Assembly (NCBI GenBank): GCA_030834415.1 | Contig: JAURFH010000001.1 | Coordinates: 2,951-66,950 of the forward strand | Direction: 5' to 3' | Origin: Verrucomicrobiota bacterium | GTDB taxonomy: Bacteria > Verrucomicrobiota > Verrucomicrobiia > Limisphaerales > JAEYXS01 | Length of the DNA stretch: 64,000 nucleotides | Part shown: in pieces, positions 58,002 through 64,000 of the stretch | Layout: each line of letters opens with the position of its first letter | How positions within the stretch are numbered: the stretch's first letter is position 1 | Made by a program: the position numbers and the translations under genes | Notes under the pieces: generated by a model | Seen by the model: only the letters and a program-made list of their open reading frames with translations | Database searches by the model: none | What the model was told of the DNA's origin: nothing

Positions 58002-58322
58002 GCCTACGCCCGCAAGCAAATGAACCCTATCCGAGTCCGCAGCAATCGCTCAAGCTCTGGTTGTTGCCAATTAGGCTTATTTCACACTCCATAAGCTGTG
58101 TGTCTCCGATTGCGTTTCACAGTATAAGTACAATGGCTTTTACTAAAGCAACATTATTCAAATCTAAGTCATTGAAAGTGAATGATTTGCCTTATTTTGC
58201 CATCCATCAACCATATATTGCTTGCAACCAATTTTAGCCATCCCAGTTTTAGACTAAAATACAGGCGTGAAAACTAAAAATTCGGTTGGCGGTCGGACGG
58301 ATTGAAGGTTAAACGTAGTCCG

Positions 58323-58853
58323 ATGCATCCGCGCATTGAGATTATCTCTGATGATATCACGAAATTGTCACTTGATGCCATCGTGAATGCTGCCAACAGC
58401 TCCTTGCTTGGAGGTGGCGGTGTGGATGGAGCGATCCATCGCGAAGCCGGACCAGAGCTTTATGAGGAATGCAAACGCTTAAAAGGCTGCCCCACTGGTG
58501 AGGCAAAGATTACCCTGGGTTATAATCTTCCAGCCAAACATGTGATTCATACAGTCGGCCCCATCTGGAATGGAGGCCAAAGAAATGAAGACGAAAAACT
58601 GGCCAGGTGTTATCGCAGAAGCTTCGCAGTCGCCATCGAGAACGGATTGAAAACAATCGCTTTCCCTGCTATCAGTACAGGTGCCTATGGATTTCCAATG
58701 GACCGTGCGGCGAAGATTGCCATCCGCGAAGCCATTGCATTTCTTAGTGACAGTCCCGAATTTGAAAAAGTCGTCTTTTGCTGCTTTGGTCCCGCCGCCT
58801 TGCGAGTCTACAAAGAAACTTTGGACGAATTGACTGACGTTCCTCACTTATAG
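58323..58853 (+). CDS. Macro domain protein (YmdB-like O-acetyl-ADP-ribose deacetylase)
   Basis: The track starts at TTG 58302. I prefer ATG 58323 (MHPRIEII). Motifs: [30 protein letters not shown] and [13 protein letters not shown]. Confidence 0.9.
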   Translation: MHPRIEIISDDITKLSLDAIVNAANSSLLGGGGVDGAIHREAGPELYEECKRLKGCPTGEAKITLGYNLPAKHVIHTVGPIWNGGQRNEDEKLARCYRRSFAVAIENGLKTIAFPAISTGAYGFPMDRAAKIAIREAIAFLSDSPEFEKVVFCCFGPAALRVYKETLDELTDVPHL

Positions 58854-58890
58854 CACGCGACTGATTCAACGCCAGCGCCAAGCCTTCCCC

Positions 58891-60231
58891 TTATAATCGC
58901 CAGCCCCGACGATAATTGTGCTGCACGAATCCTTCTGCTTCCGGGCAATTTGGTGAGCTAAGAGAGACCGCATCCCACTCCATGCGCTTGTTCCCGATGC
59001 GGTGGGAGACATTGCCCAATTGCACCGTTTCAGTCAATGCTGAGGCATAGTCGAAGTTCGACGTCGTCCCGCCCGCACCTTTGCATGCTTGGATCCACTC
59101 AGCGTGATGACCAATCGAATCCGGAATAAACGGAGTCGGCGGTTGATATCCAGCGAAGTCTTTTTCTGGCAAAAGAACATGCTTGCTATAATCAGCCAGC
59201 AGCATGCCTTTGGCGCCCACAAAAAGCACACCATTACCCCATTTAGGCAATAACCCTTGTTCGAAGTGTGGCGGTCGTTTCCCTCCTTGATACCAATTAA
59301 GCTCCACACCCGTCAGATTCTCCCGGGCTGGATAGGTGAACTTCGTCACCATCCAGTTCGGGGCGCATTCTGGATGCGGTGTCGGCCCATTGGAGTGGAC
59401 TTCGATTGGATAACGCAAGCTCAAGGCCCAATGGGCCAAATCCATGTAATGGCAACCGAAATCAGCCATGGTGCCACCACCAAAGGCCCACCAACGTCGC
59501 CACTTGAACGGCAGATATTCCGGATGATATGGACGATACTTGGCCGGTCCCAACCAAAGATCATACTTCAGGTTCGCTGGGATCGGCACGATATCCTTGG
59601 GCCGAGGCATCGGCTCCCAAACTGTCCCCACCCACACGTGTGCTTCCGCAACCTCGCCGATGGCTCCCGACTGGATTAACTCGACTACCCGACGGTAATT
59701 ACTGCCAGCATGGATTTGATTGCCCATCTGGGTGGCCAGCTTCAGTTCACGAGCACGGTCACCTATGGCTCGAGCTTCAGAAACGGTGTGGGTAAGCGGC
59801 TTCTCACAATAGACCGGTAATTTCGAATCCAACGCCGCCATGGTCGCCACTGCATGGGTATGATCTGGCGTGCTGACTACGACCGCTTCCACGTCGTTGT
59901 CGTCTATCAGATGGAAAAAATCCCGGTATTGCTTGGCATCTGGATACGTCTCCTTCGCCTTGTCCAAGTAGTTCGCATCCACATCGCACAGAGCGACAAT
60001 GTTCTCCGTGCTGACACCTTTGAGATTGGCTTCACCGCGATTGGCGATGCCGATCACTCCCACATTCAAACGCTCATTCGGAGATTTCGCCTGTCCCTTG
60101 CGCCGAAACCATGAAGCATTTGCCTGACCTGCAGCCAACATTCCGGCGATACCGCCAGCCGCCAAACCCGCCTGCTGAATGAACCGACGGCGGCTCAAAG
60201 CTGCTCTCAATGATTTCTCTCCCTCGCTCAT
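58891..60231 (-). CDS. Periplasmic (Tat-signal) Gfo/Idh/MocA family oxidoreductase
   Basis: I prefer the start at 60231 (MSEGEKSLRAALSRRRFIQQAGLAAGGIAGMLAAGQANA, a twin-arginine signal). Rossmann segment VGVIGIANRG and CEKPL. The track ORF extends to 60309 and would overlap the upstream gene. Confidence 0.85.
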   Translation of the reverse strand: MSEGEKSLRAALSRRRFIQQAGLAAGGIAGMLAAGQANASWFRRKGQAKSPNERLNVGVIGIANRGEANLKGVSTENIVALCDVDANYLDKAKETYPDAKQYRDFFHLIDDNDVEAVVVSTPDHTHAVATMAALDSKLPVYCEKPLTHTVSEARAIGDRARELKLATQMGNQIHAGSNYRRVVELIQSGAIGEVAEAHVWVGTVWEPMPRPKDIVPIPANLKYDLWLGPAKYRPYHPEYLPFKWRRWWAFGGGTMADFGCHYMDLAHWALSLRYPIEVHSNGPTPHPECAPNWMVTKFTYPARENLTGVELNWYQGGKRPPHFEQGLLPKWGNGVLFVGAKGMLLADYSKHVLLPEKDFAGYQPPTPFIPDSIGHHAEWIQACKGAGGTTSNFDYASALTETVQLGNVSHRIGNKRMEWDAVSLSSPNCPEAEGFVQHNYRRGWRL

Positions 60232-60233
60232 AC

Positions 60234-61526
60234 TTAAGGCAATTCGCGAATGAAGATGTTCTTGAACTGCACGGGGGTCTTGTGAGCCTGCAATTCGATC
60301 TGTTCCCAATCATAGATCGGCTTGTCCCGCTCCCAATAATTCTCCATCGTCACCCCCATCTTCTTTTTCGTGTCGTAGGTGACCAAGTCATCATTCAGGT
60401 AGACCATCACTTTGTCGCCCAGCATGAGGATGCGCATACGATTCCATTCGCCCACGAAATAATCTGAGCGGCTCAAGGGCTTGCTGAGATTCACCTTGTT
60501 ATTAAAGAGGCCCCCAGAACCAACACTATCATCCCAGATCTGAACCTGGGGAGAGCCACGCAGATAAACGCCGCTGTCGCCCTTTTCCTGAATCCTCCAG
60601 TCGAGCACCAGTTCGTAATTGCCGTAGTGGCGCACCGTGCAGAGATTTTCGAAACCATCCCCCACATAATTAAGAACACCTTTGCTCACCACCCAATTCT
60701 TTTCCATCAAGCGATCCGCCTTGATCTGCTTAACCGCCCATTCGCTCAGCGGCATCGCTTTGCGCTTCGGCGGATTCTCCACCAAACCCTGCCAACCGCT
60801 CAGATCGACACCATTGAATAAACGCGCGAAACCATCAGGCAGTTGATTCGTGATCTTGGGCTTCGCAAGTTCCTTCACACGGATATTACGGAACTCCACA
60901 TAATCATTGTGCCCCAGCAGGCCAATGTGGCCTTTTTCGCGGAACATACCCGGGTGTTTCTGGATCACTTCCGCATCAGTGACATCATTAAGGTTCCCAT
61001 TCAGGATCACCTTTCCGTTCATCTTCACGGTGATCTTGCGACCGATACAGGTGATCTCTTGCTCGTTCCACTCGCCCAAAGGCTTCAACATCATGCGCTC
61101 GGCCGGGATCAGGCCATAGACGGAACCATTCACCTGCCACGGCTTGATGCCCGCGTACTTAGGATCGGCATCATCCAGAATCTGGATTTCCATGCCGTCA
61201 TAGGCAATAGATTTATCCGTCAGCGGCGCCCGGATACCCACACCGTTATTCCCGGCTGCTTCCAGCTTGAACTCCAGACGCAGCACAAAGTCAGCATACT
61301 CTTTCTCGGTCAGTAGATTGCCGCCCCCGCCTTTGGCGCAATATATGATGCCGTCCTTTACTCCATATCCACCACCCTTTGCGCCCAATAAAGTCCAGCC
61401 TTTGAGTGATTTGCCGTCGAAGAGACTGACAAAACCCTTTTCAGATTTGCCCGCCTGCAGATTCATCACGCCGCCCAGCAGCAGCGCCAGCAGCAGGATA
61501 CTAGTTTGCCGTATTACAACTTGCAT
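60234..61526 (-). CDS. Secreted protein with two DUF1080 (3-keto-disaccharide hydrolase-like) domains
   Basis: I prefer the start at 61526 (MQVVIRQTSILLLALLLGG). There are two copies of the pattern GF..LFdGk.L.GW..., a NGG/NSG-type loop, then ...HIGLLGHNDYVEFRNIRVKEL and ...IELQAHKTPVQFKNIFIREL. Confidence 0.8.
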   Translation of the reverse strand: MQVVIRQTSILLLALLLGGVMNLQAGKSEKGFVSLFDGKSLKGWTLLGAKGGGYGVKDGIIYCAKGGGGNLLTEKEYADFVLRLEFKLEAAGNNGVGIRAPLTDKSIAYDGMEIQILDDADPKYAGIKPWQVNGSVYGLIPAERMMLKPLGEWNEQEITCIGRKITVKMNGKVILNGNLNDVTDAEVIQKHPGMFREKGHIGLLGHNDYVEFRNIRVKELAKPKITNQLPDGFARLFNGVDLSGWQGLVENPPKRKAMPLSEWAVKQIKADRLMEKNWVVSKGVLNYVGDGFENLCTVRHYGNYELVLDWRIQEKGDSGVYLRGSPQVQIWDDSVGSGGLFNNKVNLSKPLSRSDYFVGEWNRMRILMLGDKVMVYLNDDLVTYDTKKKMGVTMENYWERDKPIYDWEQIELQAHKTPVQFKNIFIRELP

Positions 61527-61577
61527 AATTGAAATGTAGCCAAATCCATACCCTTTCACCAAGGCGAATTTCCGGTT

Positions 61578-62822
61578 CTATTCTTTTGTCACCGTGATCA
61601 TATCCAGCGTCACCATCCGCCCCGTAAGCCCTGTCCCCAAAACCGCCGCTTTCGATGCGGCCGGCGCCCTGTTCGGATCAAACTGCTCCGTCCGGATCGT
61701 TGTCAGCCGACGATTTGTGACGTCACTGGCCACGTAATATGTGGCCTTCACCATGTGACGAAAATCGCTTCCAGCCGCTTCAACCAATCGCTTCATCTCG
61801 AGGAATATCGTGGCCAACTGGGCTTCACCCATGGTGTTCTGCTCTCCATACAATCCACTGAGGTAGACTTCTCGCCCGCCATTCACTCGGACAACCCGGC
61901 TGAACACCGGTGAAGCCTTCGCCCCGGGCGGGGTCAGATACTCGACCACCGGCAACCCTTCCGCCTTGGGCAGCGCCACAATCATCTCGATTTCTACTGG
62001 AGAAGCAGTCATCCATTCGACCAAGTGAATCACCGGCGCTGGGCCTTGCGGAAAACGCTGTTTGATCGCATCCACCACCACCTGTTGCTCCGTCATCGGG
62101 TTAACAAAAACCTTGAATTGCGCGATCTGCTCCGGCTTGGCTTCCAAGAAGCTCAAGGTATCCCACAATTGCTTCAAGACGCTTTCCGTAGCTGCCTGCG
62201 TCGTCCCCTCACCGGCCAGACCGGAAACATAAGCCTTACGCCCCGCAGGCAGTATCGTGTAATGGCTTCCTCCGGGCACCGGATGTATGCCAAGCAACTG
62301 CACCGATTCGATTTTATCGCTGTTGCTTGATGAAACCGCCACCGCATCCAACGCGAGTAGAGCTCCTTTCTGCGGGAGATTGCCTCGCACGAAAGCTACC
62401 GCCGGGAGATTCTGGCCAAAACGCCGATTGATCTCCGCGCGCACTCCTGCTGTCACATCATCGCGAGCAACATACAAATTCAGTTTTACCACTGTCTCCC
62501 GACTGGCCTGGGCTGCTTCCAACACCTTGTCCAACAAGTTAAAGACAGCCTCCACGTGCTGATTGGTATCTCCTAGTTTTCCGTAAGCATCCAGCGGCAG
62601 CAATTGTGCGGTATGCACCAAGGCCGCGCTTCCCTTCACCACGATTGCTCCCGATCTGGCCTTGGCTTCTGCAACCTCAAAACGCTGCAACTCCGCCGCA
62701 GTCAACTCAGCTGCGAAAAGCCCCCATAGAGCCATCCAAACCATCATAATCAGTCTCACTGCACTCAGGCTTTTAGTAATGGAGAACTCGCAATGGAATG
62801 TTTGCTGTTTAGTCATGCTCAT
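61578..62822 (-). CDS. Secreted protein made of three tandem RidA/YjgF-like domains
   Basis: 414 aa with an N-terminal hydrophobic signal or anchor. The three roughly 105-aa modules each end in a RidA-like beta strand: ALLALDAVAV, VEIEMIVAL and MVTLDMITV. Each has an internal vK.t.Yv segment: VVKLNLYVA, IAQFKVFVN and MVKATYYVA. Confidence 0.7.
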   Translation of the reverse strand: MSMTKQQTFHCEFSITKSLSAVRLIMMVWMALWGLFAAELTAAELQRFEVAEAKARSGAIVVKGSAALVHTAQLLPLDAYGKLGDTNQHVEAVFNLLDKVLEAAQASRETVVKLNLYVARDDVTAGVRAEINRRFGQNLPAVAFVRGNLPQKGALLALDAVAVSSSNSDKIESVQLLGIHPVPGGSHYTILPAGRKAYVSGLAGEGTTQAATESVLKQLWDTLSFLEAKPEQIAQFKVFVNPMTEQQVVVDAIKQRFPQGPAPVIHLVEWMTASPVEIEMIVALPKAEGLPVVEYLTPPGAKASPVFSRVVRVNGGREVYLSGLYGEQNTMGEAQLATIFLEMKRLVEAAGSDFRHMVKATYYVASDVTNRRLTTIRTEQFDPNRAPAASKAAVLGTGLTGRMVTLDMITVTKE

Positions 62823-64000
62823 CGCGTCCCTCCCACCTCATGTCGCAGCATCTTCCCCGGACGCGCTTGCGTGTGTTTGTCATTTTCCACCACGGCTTGA
62901 CCATTAACCAATACTAGCCGGAAGCCGGTCGCATAATGATGCGGCTCGGTAAAGGTCGCATTATCCTGCACTTTCTCCGGATCAAACACGGCGACATCCG
63001 CCCACATTCCCACGTGGATCAATCCCCGGTCCTTCAGTTGAAATGTCGTGGCGGGCAAGGATGTCATCCTCCGCACCCCATCTTCCAGACGCAGCATCTT
63101 TTCCTTCCGCACATACTCCGCCAATGCCCGCGCATTGTTTCCATACCCGCGAGGATGTGGCACGCCTGAGCCGAACACCCGCACTCCACTGTCCGCCGCG
63201 ATCATCGTGTTCGGATGTTGCAGATACTTCCGCAAATCATCCTCGCTCATGCTATGGAAGACACCAGACGCCCCACCATTCGCGGTGATTTCCAGCAGCA
63301 AATCAATCTGGGCATCTAACGAGGTATTCCCCCGCTCTTTTTCGGCTGCTTGTGCCAGGTTAAGCCCGTTCAATTTCCGGTTCTTCCGATATTCCGCAAT
63401 GAACACATAGCTCAAATCTTCATTTCCACTCTTCTCCACACTCTCTTTTATCTCCACCACCATCTTGGCTTTCAACGCCGGGTCCGCCAGCCGCTTCCGG
63501 AACTCAGCATCATTCCCCTCTCGTGCCCATTCCGGCACGCGACTCGAAAGCCCTGTGCTGGATGCCGGATACATGTATTGATCTTGGGTGATATCCAGTC
63601 CTTCCGCCCGCGCCGCTTCGATCGCCGCCAGCACTTTGTCGGTCTGTCCCCACGCCGATTTGCCCGCCAGCTTGATATGCGATATCTCCGCCCGCACACC
63701 AGCCTCCCGTGCGATGCGGAACAATTCATCCAACGCATTGAATATGCCGTTGCTCTCACTTCGCATATGGCTCGCATAAACCCCGTCGAACGGAGCCACT
63801 GCTTTCGCCAGTTCTACTAATTCCTCTGTCTCGGTAAATGTCCCCGGCAGATAGATCAGCCCGGTGGACATTCCCACCGCGCCATCCTCCATCGCCTTCG
63901 TCACCAACTCCTTCATCTTGGCCATCTCGGTGGCATTCGGTGGCCGCTTGAAGGAACCACCCATTACCTGCCCCCGCACTGTGCCCTGACCAATGAGCGT
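62819..64000 (-). CDS. N-acyl-D-amino-acid deacylase (D-aminoacylase) family amidohydrolase; 5' end outside the window
   Basis: The frame stays open from the track start (GTG 63979) to base 64000 (TLIGQGT upstream). Motifs: GAVGMSTGLIYLPG, YASHMRSE, ISHIK, DQYMYPASSTGL and GVPHPRGYGN. The stop overlaps the RidA gene start as ATGA. Confidence 0.82.
   Translation of the reverse strand, partial: TLIGQGTVRGQVMGGSFKRPPNATEMAKMKELVTKAMEDGAVGMSTGLIYLPGTFTETEELVELAKAVAPFDGVYASHMRSESNGIFNALDELFRIAREAGVRAEISHIKLAGKSAWGQTDKVLAAIEAARAEGLDITQDQYMYPASSTGLSSRVPEWAREGNDAEFRKRLADPALKAKMVVEIKESVEKSGNEDLSYVFIAEYRKNRKLNGLNLAQAAEKERGNTSLDAQIDLLLEITANGGASGVFHSMSEDDLRKYLQHPNTMIAADSGVRVFGSGVPHPRGYGNNARALAEYVRKEKMLRLEDGVRRMTSLPATTFQLKDRGLIHVGMWADVAVFDPEKVQDNATFTEPHHYATGFRLVLVNGQAVVENDKHTQARPGKMLRHEVGGTR

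Noticed and set aside
58082-58102. TCACAC-N9-TGTGTG, possibly a CRP-like site near cyclase genes
   Set aside because: The half-site orientation is inverted and the spacing is wrong relative to TGTGA-N6-TCACA. It is probably just a weak hairpin.
1-64000. Search for CRISPR arrays, tRNA, rRNA or tmRNA, transposases, integrases, phage genes, toxin-antitoxin pairs and DGR or retron reverse transcriptases
   Set aside because: I recognised none by eye. There are no short regularly spaced direct repeats, no tRNA-like T-arm (GGTTCGAATCC-type) sequences outside coding regions, and no ORF with recombinase or RT motifs. tRNAscan, Infernal or a defence-system finder should confirm this.

Overview
Gene-dense window of about 50 CDS at roughly 55% GC. 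It reads like core chromosome of a Verrucomicrobiota/PVC-group bacterium. That placement is an inference from a GloVer-type repeat protein, tandem formylglycine sulfatases, two giant CxxCH 'membrane-bound dehydrogenase' proteins and a DUF1080 plus Gfo/Idh/MocA pair. Most genes are housekeeping: recG, guaA, pheT, rsmA, apt, rpoD, purE, purK, panC, coaX, trpA, sppA, a cardiolipin-synthase-like gene, a dsbD-like gene and pilT. I saw no tRNA or rRNA, no CRISPR array, and no transposase, integrase or prophage hallmark, so I cannot point to a clear novel system. The candidates worth a second look are listed here. (1) A three-gene minus-strand phosphorelay at 53493-57937: a membrane hybrid histidine kinase, a CheY-like receiver, and a protein with tandem ATPase-less DHp modules, a receiver and a class III cyclase. 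The cyclase has non-canonical substrate-specifying residues, and the kinase is split by a 1-nt frameshift at the TM2/HAMP junction. (2) A 404-nt, strongly structured GC-rich intergenic element at 42492-42895. It sits between a Ycf46-like AAA+ ATPase and a translationally coupled TPR-pilT pair and may be an unclassified cis-regulatory RNA. (3) Several unusual domain fusions: PlsC acyltransferase with a YiiX permuted-papain domain, PAP2 with GT39, and a single-chain triple RidA. (4) A large secreted repeat-protein gene at 1-1873 that the ORF track misses. All family assignments rest on motifs I read in the translations; no database search was run.
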